Virus record (IMG/VR): IMGVR_UViG_3300037560_000117 | Coordinates: 1-59,921 of that record | Source: a virus | Lineage: Duplodnaviria; Caudoviricetes | Length of the DNA: 59,921 nucleotides | Strand: one strand, 5' to 3' | The notes under the pieces: generated by a model | The model's database searches: none | The model's input: only the letters and a program-made list of their open reading frames with translations | What the model was told of the DNA's origin: nothing | Made by a program: the position numbers and the translations under genes | Shown here: positions 37,036-46,567 of the stretch, in pieces | Numbering within the stretch: position 1 is the first letter of the stretch | How the letters are laid out: every line of letters begins with the position of its first letter

Positions 37036-39055
37036 GCGGGACCCACCCTTCGGCGAGTTGCTTGAATTCCATCGCTTCGCGAATCATCGGATAAAAATCA
37101 TTCGACATCTCCGGCGGGTGATCGAATAATAATTCATCATGCACTGTTAAAATCATCTTCACGTGTTTTCTTGTTGGACGATCTTTTTGAATGGCACGGT
37201 GCATTCGAACTAATGCTATTTTCATAATATCGGCCGCAGTTCCCTGTACCACATGTGATAGTCCTTGGCGTTCGGCCGCTAAAACGAGATTTCGACGTGC
37301 GACAGCGGCCACTTCTTCATACGTTTTGTTTCTAGTCCATGGTCGTTTCATTAAATTCTGTACCGTCTCTGCAACTATCTCGACCGAAGGACACACAGCA
37401 TCGGGAAGTGGACGCACACGACCAAAGAAGGTCACAGCCTCACCGTGTACCCGTATTTGACGTTTGATTTCATTGGCCCATCTGTTAAGAACTGGCAACG
37501 CCGCCCACCACTTATCGATAATATCTATACCGTCTTGTGCCGTAGGTAGTGTGTGTCGATTTCGAGCCGATAAAGTGTACCCTGAAATGCCGTTTAATAT
37601 CGAGAAATTAGCGATCTTGGAAATATCACGCATCCAAGATTCTACATTTTCTAGTGTCACATCATACATAGAACATGCAGTTTGAGCGTGTACATCAACA
37701 TTGCCCGCCATATAAGCGTCATATAGTACAGGCTCGTGGCACAATGACGCAGGGATACGCAATTCAATTTGCGAATAATCTGCCGCAGTTAGTATATTCC
37801 CTCTGCTTGGAATAAAGCACGTACGAAGTTGTGCAGGGTCACCGTCTTTGTGATCCTTACTCACACCCTGTAAGTTGGGATTAGAGCAGGAGAATCGACC
37901 GGACTTCGTACCTGTGGACCACAGTGAAGGATGGATGCGACCAGTTACCGGATCAGCTAACTTTGCAAGTTTGGTCTTTGTGAACGAATTACGACGTGAA
38001 TTTAGTTGGTTGTATCGCATAATAAGAGGTATAATGTCATGTTCACCTTCAATTTCAACCATCGCACGACTGTCGGTACTATATCCGGTATCTGTCTTGC
38101 GCGTGTGTGGCATGTGAAGTTCATCGAATAACAATATCTGCTTTTGTTTAAAGGACCCAAGATTCAGTCCTTTTTTCTTCGATAGTCGTTGTAATTCTTC
38201 GTTGTCGAAGCACACAGCACCTTCATCGTCTTTGTGAGTGGCACAATCACGTAAGGCCATTGTATGTACCTGTTCGCTACACTTCCCGCATTCGGTTTCG
38301 AGTATCTTGTCTATTTGTGCCACGATTTTTAGATCACATCCGATACCGTTTTTTTCCATCTCAATTACGGGCTGTATTACTTCATTTTCCAGTGTCCAAA
38401 TTTCACCCGCTTTTTCAACGGCCTTTTGTATAGACGGTAGCTGCCATAACATTAATGTGATATCAGCATCCTGACAACCGTAGATACGTTGTTGTTCCAG
38501 TGTCAACAACAAGAAATCAATTTCGTCTTTCTTAATTTTTTTGCCGAGGTTAGCTGAAATTATATCGATCATTTCAACAGTGGGCAGTGACAACCATTGT
38601 TCGGCCTGTGCTTTCAATCCGGCATTGCGCTTGTACCCGTTAATGTCGTGTAAGTGGCATGCGATCATCACATCCTTGACTCGTTCTTCCGGCACGTTAC
38701 ACCTATATTTGCGGATGATCGGTAAATCGTAACCCGCATTAAAGAATATGATGTCCTTGCCCTTTATTAGTTCTTTGAGTAACTTCATCCGTGGGTCCAT
38801 TTTTATCGGTACCCAATATGCGACGTGTGGCTCAAAAGCGAACGAATAACCATGACATTTAGCCACTCTTGTATTAAGGCTCGATGTCTCTGTATCGAGA
38901 GACATGAACGTCTTATCCGCATTGGCGCGAATTAGTCGTTCCAACTCCGGCGTTGTTACGGTAGTGTAAGTTGACATCGCATCCCACTGATCGAGAGTCG
39001 ATAGGATTGGATGCCCTCCTAAGCACTCAGTTTCGGTTTCTGTCTTTGATGACAC
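36989..39055 (-). CDS. polA: Family A DNA polymerase with 3'-5' exonuclease
   Basis: LDTET, NAGYD and YGCQD exonuclease motifs; SGRFSCSNPNLQ; ADYSQIELR; KIANF; VQGTAADIMK; VHDEL. Confidence 0.96.
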   Translation of the reverse strand: MSSKTETETECLGGHPILSTLDQWDAMSTYTTVTTPELERLIRANADKTFMSLDTETSSLNTRVAKCHGYSFAFEPHVAYWVPIKMDPRMKLLKELIKGKDIIFFNAGYDLPIIRKYRCNVPEERVKDVMIACHLHDINGYKRNAGLKAQAEQWLSLPTVEMIDIISANLGKKIKKDEIDFLLLTLEQQRIYGCQDADITLMLWQLPSIQKAVEKAGEIWTLENEVIQPVIEMEKNGIGCDLKIVAQIDKILETECGKCSEQVHTMALRDCATHKDDEGAVCFDNEELQRLSKKKGLNLGSFKQKQILLFDELHMPHTRKTDTGYSTDSRAMVEIEGEHDIIPLIMRYNQLNSRRNSFTKTKLAKLADPVTGRIHPSLWSTGTKSGRFSCSNPNLQGVSKDHKDGDPAQLRTCFIPSRGNILTAADYSQIELRIPASLCHEPVLYDAYMAGNVDVHAQTACSMYDVTLENVESWMRDISKIANFSILNGISGYTLSARNRHTLPTAQDGIDIIDKWWAALPVLNRWANEIKRQIRVHGEAVTFFGRVRPLPDAVCPSVEIVAETVQNLMKRPWTRNKTYEEVAAVARRNLVLAAERQGLSHVVQGTAADIMKIALVRMHRAIQKDRPTRKHVKMILTVHDELLFDHPPEMSNDFYPMIREAMEFKQLAEGWVPLVVDIGSGANWAIAH

Positions 39056-39533
39056 GATGCACCATCCTTTCTATGAATTGCATGTCCCAATGCGTGTATG
39101 CTCCTGTGCGCTGTGTACCAGTGCGACAGTTTTCGAATAACTCTTCAACGCGGACCGACTTTCTGCCGTCTTTTATTGCCATCCTAACAGCCGAGTTCCA
39201 CTGGGCAATGGGGATGATGTACACACACTTGTCTTTTGGTCCTTTGTATTTGGCGATCATCAACAGCCCGACTCCGCCTGCGACCTCGATGTCACACAGC
39301 GTAGCAACTTGACCGTCTCTCACACGCTTTATCGGAAAAGCGCGATCATCTTTTTTCAATTTCCATTCCATACCGATAAATATACCGTCGTAACACGCGA
39401 CCACATCCACTGCTCTACCACCAGTCACATCCCCGCCGAAAGTAGGGTCAGCGATCTTATGATACCATAACATACTAGGTTGCTGTCGATGCCAATTTTG
39501 CATCACTTGGCGTGTGATTGTAGTCTCATTCAC
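39027..39533 (-). CDS. PD-(D/E)xK nuclease, Holliday junction resolvase-like
   Basis: YHKIAD, AVDVVAC and GMEWK motifs. Confidence 0.75.
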   Translation of the reverse strand: MNETTITRQVMQNWHRQQPSMLWYHKIADPTFGGDVTGGRAVDVVACYDGIFIGMEWKLKKDDRAFPIKRVRDGQVATLCDIEVAGGVGLLMIAKYKGPKDKCVYIIPIAQWNSAVRMAIKDGRKSVRVEELFENCRTGTQRTGAYTHWDMQFIERMVHRVIKDRNRN

Positions 39534-39678
39534 TTTGAATCTTTCGTTATCTGCCTACTAATCATACGTGATATCGAAGACACCTCTTGTTCATGGGTCG
39601 AGTAGGTTCCTGAGGTTGTATCGGAGTTTCTTATATCCGTTATTCTATTTAAGATTCTCTCTGCTAACTTCTCATATT

Positions 39679-39972
39679 TCATAGGTTAAAACTCCATCCG
39701 GTCTTTATGAGGCTGGTGATATTAATGATAAAATGCGGGTGAATGGTAAAGTCTGACGAACTTTTAGATCGTGCGACAATCCCCAACTCGACCGCGATAT
39801 CGCGTTGTAGCTGTTGTAGTCTGTGTACTTCCTCAACTAAGTCTTCTTTCGATTTGTTTTTTAGTTGCGCCTTGGACGTCACCTCGTAGGTGTTGGCCCT
39901 CTGTACTGTATTAGGTAAACGAATCCGCTTTTCAGTTTTGGGTAAAGGTGCCCAACCATCGTCGCCTATCAT
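39679..39972 (-). CDS. Hypothetical protein
   Basis: Coupled ORF. Confidence 0.5.
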   Translation of the reverse strand: MIGDDGWAPLPKTEKRIRLPNTVQRANTYEVTSKAQLKNKSKEDLVEEVHRLQQLQRDIAVELGIVARSKSSSDFTIHPHFIINITSLIKTGWSFNL

Positions 39973-40949
39973 GATTTAACCCAACAACCGAATGCGCCTG
40001 TTTCAATTTCACCGGTGTTATCACGAATAGCCCTTAATACCTTCCAGTATTCTTTCACACGCTGTTCGAGTGTGTGGTATATCAGCACCTGTCGTTGACC
40101 ACTGCGAGCTATATACTCACGAAGTCGATCCTCTCTTAAATAAAAGTCGATTTTGGCACACATATCTTCGAATGTATTGTCGTGTGATACCAAGTCATCG
40201 CCTTCCTTGAATACCAAACCAAGGTCGGTGACAGGGTGATTCAGGAAGAATGCGCCACTGCCCATCGCATTGTATATGCGATTGCTGACGACATACGATC
40301 CACAGTTGGTGAATGCGGTGCGTTGTATATTGATCGCGATCTTGCTTTGTGCATACATCTGCGCCATTCGGTAACCACGCACCTCTCGACCACGGCGGAT
40401 AGCGTCACGAGAGAATGTGCAATTATATCGATCCCTTAGCTTATCGAGCCACTCGTTCCGGATGCCATCACACGACCCAATAAAGCACACATCGTAGATC
40501 GGCTTTGTCGGATCGAGTCGTGCGGGCAGATTACCTCGTGGCGAAGAACAGAAGCGATGGTCGAAATACTGAGGCATCCACAGCACTGTGGGAGCTAAGT
40601 GCTTGTATCGCTGTGCGGTTTCCTTAATCGAGAAGATCAGGACATCAGCGACGTTGGCCAGTTTAGTGCGCCACATGTAATCGCGGGTTCTCTCTGTCAT
40701 GTCTGGGTACCACAGGACAAGCTTGGCTCCGGTGTTTTTGATCGCTTGGTAGTACGAGCCGAAGGTTGGCCGTATGGCAAAGCAGAACACCACATCGGGC
40801 TTGTACTCTGCCAGTGCTATCATCGCCTCTTGTGGCTTCGTGCGACTTCCTGTTATCCGCACTTCGAGTCCTTGGCGTTGTGCTTCTCTGCCTAAGTGTG
40901 GTCCGGCGAATCGACCTTGGTGGCCACACGCCCATATTAGCACTTTCAT
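39969..40949 (-). CDS. GT-B glycosyltransferase (CgeB/GT1-like)
   Basis: YDVCFIGS, YAQSKIAIN, SNRIYNAMGSGAF and HTLEQRV motifs. Confidence 0.88.
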   Translation of the reverse strand: MKVLIWACGHQGRFAGPHLGREAQRQGLEVRITGSRTKPQEAMIALAEYKPDVVFCFAIRPTFGSYYQAIKNTGAKLVLWYPDMTERTRDYMWRTKLANVADVLIFSIKETAQRYKHLAPTVLWMPQYFDHRFCSSPRGNLPARLDPTKPIYDVCFIGSCDGIRNEWLDKLRDRYNCTFSRDAIRRGREVRGYRMAQMYAQSKIAINIQRTAFTNCGSYVVSNRIYNAMGSGAFFLNHPVTDLGLVFKEGDDLVSHDNTFEDMCAKIDFYLREDRLREYIARSGQRQVLIYHTLEQRVKEYWKVLRAIRDNTGEIETGAFGCWVKS

Positions 40950-40950
40950 T

Positions 40951-41505
40951 CTAGTCCCACCTTTCGGGTGAAATAGTGTCGAATTTGGCTATATTCTCAG
41001 CAGGGGCGTTATTCAGTGCTTTTGCTAAATCTCGAATGGTGCCAATACAGGGGATGTACCCTTGTTTCGCATACTTGAATGCCCGACGTAAACTGTCAAT
41101 CTCGTAACCTGCCTGTATCACATTCACCCCTAAATGTTTCCGTAGTGTGCTAGTGATCGCATTGGTAGTTGTAATGATCGACTTACCGTCCCACGCAAAC
41201 TGACAAAGTGTATAATCAAAACTCTCTATAGTTTTTTCAGCGTTGGCAAATAATGGCCGAAGTATGATCTGCACGGGACTACTATAAAACATAATCATCC
41301 GCGTATTCTGCACTCGTATATTTAGCCCATTCTCCGCTATAAAATTCTCGGCGGATGTAGTATCACGACAAAATACATCGATGTCATTACACAAAGGTTC
41401 ACCGGTAAACCAACGCCGCACAGCACCGCCTGCCACCCAAGTACCTTCGACTAACTTAACTGGCGGCTTAGTTCCTCGCATGTGCATTTCTAATAACTCG
41501 ATCAT
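40951..41505 (-). CDS. Nucleotidyltransferase (class II CCA/poly(A) polymerase head-like)
   Basis: VAGGAVR, NDIDVF, FDYTLCQFA and RAFKY motifs. Confidence 0.8.
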   Translation of the reverse strand: MIELLEMHMRGTKPPVKLVEGTWVAGGAVRRWFTGEPLCNDIDVFCRDTTSAENFIAENGLNIRVQNTRMIMFYSSPVQIILRPLFANAEKTIESFDYTLCQFAWDGKSIITTTNAITSTLRKHLGVNVIQAGYEIDSLRRAFKYAKQGYIPCIGTIRDLAKALNNAPAENIAKFDTISPERWD

Positions 41506-41705
41506 TTGCAGGCCTCTTTCACTTCATCTGTGATGTCTTCGGTTGTGACCGTCTGTTTTGTGACTGTCACATCGAAGACGTCATCTTTCAATCCGGCGTA
41601 CCGCTCTTTGGCAGAGCCAAGGTCCGGACAGCTGTTGCCCGTTGTTGTACTCCCCATATACCTGCCGGTGACATAGTAGGTCGTGGTTGTATTCATTGTG
41701 GACAC
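41502..41705 (-). CDS. Hypothetical protein
   Basis: Coupled ORF. Confidence 0.5.
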   Translation of the reverse strand: MSTMNTTTTYYVTGRYMGSTTTGNSCPDLGSAKERYAGLKDDVFDVTVTKQTVTTEDITDEVKEACK

Positions 41706-41790
41706 TCATGCGCGAACGCCATCAGAAAATAAAACCACCCGATGCCGAATATGACACACCCAATAAGGTAAGCTATAAATTTTTTGTTAC

Positions 41791-42090
41791 TCATACGACA
41801 CCACAGCAGTACTTGTACTTGTTCACTTTGGTGACGTCGCGGTCGCCTGTGCGCATCTTACCACACGGACACGGCGCATTCCGTCCAATCTTCGGGGCCT
41901 GTCGGCGATAGGTACCGTGTCGGCCACTGTCCCAGATCAGTTTTCCCTGACCCTTGTATTTATTGCCTGTTATAGTGTCGATTAAGTCGCACGCTCTGTC
42001 TTTCATTGCGTGGGCAATTCCCCGCCAACCACCACGTGTGGTGAGTAGTGCCGATAGCCATCTCCAGATTCGGTGTGTGAATGATCTCAA
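41791..42090 (-). CDS. SEC-C motif protein
   Basis: KIGRNAPCPCG...KYKYCCG; TTG start overlaps the upstream TGA. Confidence 0.75.
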   Translation of the reverse strand: MRSFTHRIWRWLSALLTTRGGWRGIAHAMKDRACDLIDTITGNKYKGQGKLIWDSGRHGTYRRQAPKIGRNAPCPCGKMRTGDRDVTKVNKYKYCCGVV

Positions 42091-42305
42091 GACGCGTCTC
42101 CTTTTGTTACATTTTTCCGGTCTTCCGATTCGAATCGGTCGATGTTGGCGAGTGGGAATTGCATGATGCCATTGTTCGACAGTGGCACCTGTAAGCAACC
42201 CTCAGTGAGAACCCAAGACAGGGCGTCGCCTGTGTTCCAATCAGAGCTGGCATTTGCGCCATTACCCTTAAACCACACACGTACCCAGTATCTATTCACG
42301 GCCAT
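42087..42305 (-). CDS. Hypothetical protein
   Basis: AAGGAG RBS. Confidence 0.55.
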   Translation of the reverse strand: MAVNRYWVRVWFKGNGANASSDWNTGDALSWVLTEGCLQVPLSNNGIMQFPLANIDRFESEDRKNVTKGDAS

Positions 42306-43200
42306 TGTGTATGTCTCCTTCTATTACGGATAGCGTACGCTCGATTGTATAATCGAGAGTCGGTACCCAGAGGTTACGATTCTTCCAATACGAGTCATTG
42401 CCCGCACATAATGTCTCTACCTGTGTTTCGTACGGGTTCCACGCCACCGATACTCGGCGAGCGTGTTCTTTGCAAGTCTGCCAACAGACCTGAGGTAGTT
42501 CACACAGTGTGGCGAAGTGCGTCGGCCCGCATTGTGGCCCGACTATCACCTTCGAGTTGCGCATGACATCTGCCAACTCTACAAGCGGTATGTCTCTCAG
42601 ATCGACGGTTCCTGCGATGTGCGCGGACGATTCAGACTTGCCAACGCAAGCGACAGTGTGACCACGGGCGACCATGGAGTTTGCGAAGTCGGTTGCATGT
42701 GTCCTTGGCCAGTTACGAAATCCGGTATCGCACTTGTGGGTGTTTCGCACTATCATCAGTACAGTGAAGCCGAGTTGCATGTTATAACCACTGCCAAGTT
42801 TCCTGAGGTCTTGTCTGAGACTCCAGTGCTCGCCTTGGACGTGCTCGGTTTTCCAACCACCGTGGCCATCCGGTACATTACCACTGCGAGTAGCCCACCA
42901 CCGTGCGGTGTAACGATCACCTCTGACAAAGGTCAGCTCGCCATGGTGATCACCGAAGGTGAAGAGGTCCTCCGCTTTTCGTCGTGGGCCTTTCCTGTTG
43001 TGCCACATGTCGGTTTCTTCGTATAGTGGATCGAAATGCATGATGGTGTGAGCGAAGTCGTCGTAGAGTACGTCATGTCCTGTGCGACAAACAACAATGG
43101 TGCGGTCGAATTGCTTGGCATACCGTCGCAAAAAGCCCTGCCAACAAAACAACTCCCACCCAAATTCACCAATCCACGGTCCTGCTATCACTGTTTTCAT
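42292..43200 (-). CDS. GT9 (heptosyltransferase)-like glycosyltransferase
   Basis: GEFGWEL, RNWP, DLR...LVELADVM and VGPQCGPTHFA motifs; start MKTVIAG at 43200. Confidence 0.8.
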   Translation of the reverse strand: MKTVIAGPWIGEFGWELFCWQGFLRRYAKQFDRTIVVCRTGHDVLYDDFAHTIMHFDPLYEETDMWHNRKGPRRKAEDLFTFGDHHGELTFVRGDRYTARWWATRSGNVPDGHGGWKTEHVQGEHWSLRQDLRKLGSGYNMQLGFTVLMIVRNTHKCDTGFRNWPRTHATDFANSMVARGHTVACVGKSESSAHIAGTVDLRDIPLVELADVMRNSKVIVGPQCGPTHFATLCELPQVCWQTCKEHARRVSVAWNPYETQVETLCAGNDSYWKNRNLWVPTLDYTIERTLSVIEGDIHNGRE

Positions 43201-43276
43201 GTGTGTTCTATTTCTCTTTTGTTTTACAAGTCCGAAGCGATTAAACTTCGGACTGTGTAATTTGACCGGTGTTAAT

Positions 43277-43963
43277 CTAACTTTTAGTGGCTTGGCTAGC
43301 ACTACCTTTAGGGGCACTGCCCGTAGCACCGTTCACACCGACTGCTTCTTGTAGCTCGTCCTCGGTAACAGTGCGTGCGATCCACTTATTAGCATCGCGG
43401 TATTGGTACGCGGCGAATTCAGTCTCCACGCGCTCTTTGATTCCGGCCTGTAGGCACACAGCATCTTTGGCCGCTATCGCGAGTTCGGCATTGAGATATC
43501 TGCCCTTTTTTATACCGGTAACAAGTATGTCTTTCTTATTGAAGTCATCAATTCCCCATTCCATCACCATACCGAAAAGTTTCTTATAATCGGCGGCATA
43601 AAAACTCCACAGTTGGAATTCGTATTCGATGTTAGCGGGTTTTTTGTTTCCGACTGATCCCTTTTTGTCGGTGTCATACACCAGCACTGGGACCATCCAC
43701 ATTAGTTGCGGTTCTTTGCCGAGAAGTTCCATATCCAGACCTTCGTTCTCTAATATCAACACGCCATTGACATCTTTATATTCTGTGAACGAACGAATGA
43801 AACCGAGTTCTTTTACGTACTGAACGTGCGCCCGCACAGGGTCACCCATCAGTTTAATGCGTCTAGTTTTGCCGTCCTCCGGTTTGAAAAAGGAACGATC
43901 ATTGATTCCGAGATTCTTCGGGTCAGCCCATGTGTTTTCGGCTGTTGTACCATTTTTAGTCAC
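43277..43963 (-). CDS. Putative single-stranded DNA-binding protein
   Basis: FFKPEDGKTRRIKLM...VLVYD pattern as in phage gp32-like SSBs; sits in the replication module. Confidence 0.6.
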   Translation of the reverse strand: MTKNGTTAENTWADPKNLGINDRSFFKPEDGKTRRIKLMGDPVRAHVQYVKELGFIRSFTEYKDVNGVLILENEGLDMELLGKEPQLMWMVPVLVYDTDKKGSVGNKKPANIEYEFQLWSFYAADYKKLFGMVMEWGIDDFNKKDILVTGIKKGRYLNAELAIAAKDAVCLQAGIKERVETEFAAYQYRDANKWIARTVTEDELQEAVGVNGATGSAPKGSASQATKS

Positions 43964-44132
43964 TGTGTGACTCCTTGTTTATTGTTTTTGTTTACTGCTG
44001 TTTGTCTATCACGCTTCGCGCTATTGCGCCATTGTTTAGTAGATGTTGCACCACCCCCAATCGCGGGTTCTTCTTAACACTTCACCGTGCGTAGGGTATC
44101 AACCTGAGCACGTCCTACACGGCTTTTCCTGA

Positions 44133-44732
44133 TTACATGCCCTCTTTTATATGATCTACTGCCCTGTTGACATCCGAGACTTTCCACCCAACAACAACAG
44201 CGATACCCTCTACAGAACGTGTGTCCATCATCGCACGTATCGTCTTGAGGTCTTTCTTTGCTTTTGCTTCCTGTTTCTCTGATGTCCGGTATCCATTAAG
44301 CACTTCACGAAAACTTACCATCCGTGGTTCGGCGGGAGTGGGGATATGCCCCTGTTGAATTTTGAGATACTTCGACTCACACGCCACTACAGTACGAGAG
44401 AGAGCATCGGAGATCGCGAGCGGACTTTCACCAATCTTGACGGCTTGTACTAACGTATCGATTTCTTGTTGTGTCCAGTCTGTCTGTCGTAACAGGAAGT
44501 CGTTTTTTGATACCACTGTTCGGCGAAATCCTGTCGGGTGTATTTTTCCGTGTGCGGATGCTATTGTCGCGGCAGGAATTTTCCAAAGTCGGCTTAGAGT
44601 ATTCCAGTCTCGTTTTTTGCATAAATCCGGCTCAAGATCAAATAAGCGAATCCAAGCGGCGTGTGTTGTATGACCTTGACGCGGGCAGTTAACCCTGCTT
44701 TTTTTAACGGTGGGTGCGGCGAGTATTGTCAT
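44133..44732 (-). CDS. HTH (Myb/GcrA-like) DNA-binding protein
   Basis: DWTQQEIDTL...GESPLAISDALSRTVVACESK. Confidence 0.6.
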   Translation of the reverse strand: MTILAAPTVKKSRVNCPRQGHTTHAAWIRLFDLEPDLCKKRDWNTLSRLWKIPAATIASAHGKIHPTGFRRTVVSKNDFLLRQTDWTQQEIDTLVQAVKIGESPLAISDALSRTVVACESKYLKIQQGHIPTPAEPRMVSFREVLNGYRTSEKQEAKAKKDLKTIRAMMDTRSVEGIAVVVGWKVSDVNRAVDHIKEGM

Positions 44733-44770
44733 TTTAACTTTTTCTATTCGGTTGTTTATCGGTTCGAGGT

Positions 44771-44797
44771 AAAAAAGCGGGCCGGTTATCAGCCCGC
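44771..44797 (-). terminator. Rho-independent terminator
   Basis: GCGGGCTG-ATAAC-CGGCCCGC-TTTTTT; same stem family as 11428-11455. Confidence 0.85.
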
Positions 44798-44831
44798 TTG
44801 GATTGACTAGATCAGACGGATCAAATTAAGA

Positions 44832-45242
44832 CTACTTAGAGGCTCTGCCTTTGGCCTTGCTTCTTCTAGTGGTCTTAGTTGCTGTCTTTCTTGTTTTGGC
44901 CTTTGCCTTGGTCTTCGTCTTGGCTTTTCCGGTGCCCTTGTTGGCAGGGGCGATGCCGGTTTTTATGCCCTTATTCCAAGGCGCAATACCAGTCTTTACG
45001 CCCTTGTTCCAAGGCACGATACCGGTCTTTACGCCTGCATTCCACGGCTTACGGCCTTTGTTAGCCTTGGATAGCTTCGCCTTGTGTTCAGCCGACAGAG
45101 GTTTTCCGGTTGTCGTCTTGGTCTTCGCTTTGGCGTTGACCCTTGTTTTCGCGGTTGTCTTCTTCGCGGCTTTTCTGGTTGTCTTCTTCGCGACCTTTTT
45201 GGCGGTCTTCTTCTTGGCGTTTGTTTTTGCGGTTGCGTTCAT
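44832..45242 (-). CDS. Histone H1-like Lys/Ala/Thr-rich protein with NUMOD3 motif and KTGIxPWNKG repeats
   Basis: Composition; GKPLSAEHKAKLSKANKG; four 11-aa repeats. Confidence 0.8.
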   Translation of the reverse strand: MNATAKTNAKKKTAKKVAKKTTRKAAKKTTAKTRVNAKAKTKTTTGKPLSAEHKAKLSKANKGRKPWNAGVKTGIVPWNKGVKTGIAPWNKGIKTGIAPANKGTGKAKTKTKAKAKTRKTATKTTRRSKAKGRASK

Positions 45243-45277
45243 GTTACGGTCTCCATTTAAGTTAAGTGGTGTGTTAA

Positions 45278-45745
45278 TTATCTACAAATACAGCCCAGAT
45301 GCGTCTTACCAGTTTGCATTTTTCGTACATCATCGACAAAAGCCCGTGGTGATTTACGTTGAGTGCGTTCGCATCTTGAGCAACTATGGCACGTCAGAGG
45401 ATGAATATGGTGTGTACGACATTCACACTCCCAAAAATCGATCTGTGTTACTTGACCATTACGTGCGGCCAATACTCCGATCTCGCCATTCTCTTTAGCC
45501 TTTTCATTTTCATACGGCACGACGTGTTTTCGATAAAACTCAGAGGCCGCACAAGTCAAACAACCCATCAGGGCGTTAGCCATAAAATAACGACGTGTCT
45601 TGGTCCACAGGGTCAGGACTAGTACAGTGATGATGTAGTTAAGAAAACCGATTACTTCATTCGATTCCTTTTGCACCAATATTACTGCCAATTGATGTAA
45701 CGCCGGATCGACTTCGGCGCGTTGTTCGGGTGTGATATACGGCAT
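45278..45745 (-). CDS. Conserved phage protein (MPYI...GxLNY...EFYR...PYE..K..ENG family)
   Basis: Recognisable motif string; function unknown. Confidence 0.65.
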   Translation of the reverse strand: MPYITPEQRAEVDPALHQLAVILVQKESNEVIGFLNYIITVLVLTLWTKTRRYFMANALMGCLTCAASEFYRKHVVPYENEKAKENGEIGVLAARNGQVTQIDFWECECRTHHIHPLTCHSCSRCERTQRKSPRAFVDDVRKMQTGKTHLGCICR

Positions 45746-45963
45746 CAGTTAATACCTCTTTCGAAATAAGGGACAGCCTGATTAATTCGCTCTTGCAAAC
45801 CAGAACGAAATTGTCTCATAATTTCTTTCCCTATACAGGGCCACCAGCAACTTAGGCCGTGCTTAAATTCCCTGTGCGGGTTTGACTTAGCCAGTTTGAT
45901 AGCAGTCACATACTGGCCGATTGTAACTGCCTTACCAATGGCAGGTAGATTGATCAGTCTCAT
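45745..45963 (-). CDS. Hypothetical protein
   Basis: Coupled ORF. Confidence 0.55.
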   Translation of the reverse strand: MRLINLPAIGKAVTIGQYVTAIKLAKSNPHREFKHGLSCWWPCIGKEIMRQFRSGLQERINQAVPYFERGIN

Positions 45964-46307
45964 TAGCTAATTTCTCCCTCGAATGTGACCTTCTTCGGGG
46001 TGACATACTCCTGCCAATCACAGTCACGACAACAATTAAACCCGCTCAATAGGCCGAAATCGGCGAAGCGGCCAACGTCCACCGATAAACAATCGGGGCA
46101 GGCTCCATCGTCGCGGAGGGGTCGGTGTTTACGGACAATCAACTTTCTTTCCTGTGCCTCTTGCGATTCTTGCGCCTCTTGTTCGGCGTGTTGTTCATCG
46201 GTCATGTGATTCCAACAACAATATCCAGTCCCGTTAAGGTAGGCACCATCGTTGTCGTGATCGAGATCGACGTAATGGTCGCCTGTGTGACAATATTCAA
46301 CAGGCAT
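45963..46307 (-). CDS. Hypothetical zinc-binding protein
   Basis: CPDC...CRDC. Confidence 0.55.
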   Translation of the reverse strand: MPVEYCHTGDHYVDLDHDNDGAYLNGTGYCCWNHMTDEQHAEQEAQESQEAQERKLIVRKHRPLRDDGACPDCLSVDVGRFADFGLLSGFNCCRDCDWQEYVTPKKVTFEGEIS

Positions 46308-46309
46308 AA

Positions 46310-46495
46310 TTATCCCCGCCTTTCATGGTTGTAGCGATAGTACGGTAGGTCCTGCCAATCAGGGCCCTTGCGTATGCTGTCGGCAACCGGCACATCACGG
46401 CCATCGTCGGACGGATAATCCATTATCGGATTTTTTTCACACGCGGCAAGACTCAATAGAATTGCCATTGTAATAAGGATTGCGATTCTTTTCAT
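46310..46495 (-). CDS. Small lipoprotein
   Basis: MKRIAILITMAILLSLAAC lipobox. Confidence 0.75.
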   Translation of the reverse strand: MKRIAILITMAILLSLAACEKNPIMDYPSDDGRDVPVADSIRKGPDWQDLPYYRYNHERRG

Positions 46496-46567
46496 TTTCT
46501 GTTCCTTCCGTTTCTTCCGTTTCTTTTGTTGGTTTCGTTTCTACAATATCGGTATATTATGTCTTAA

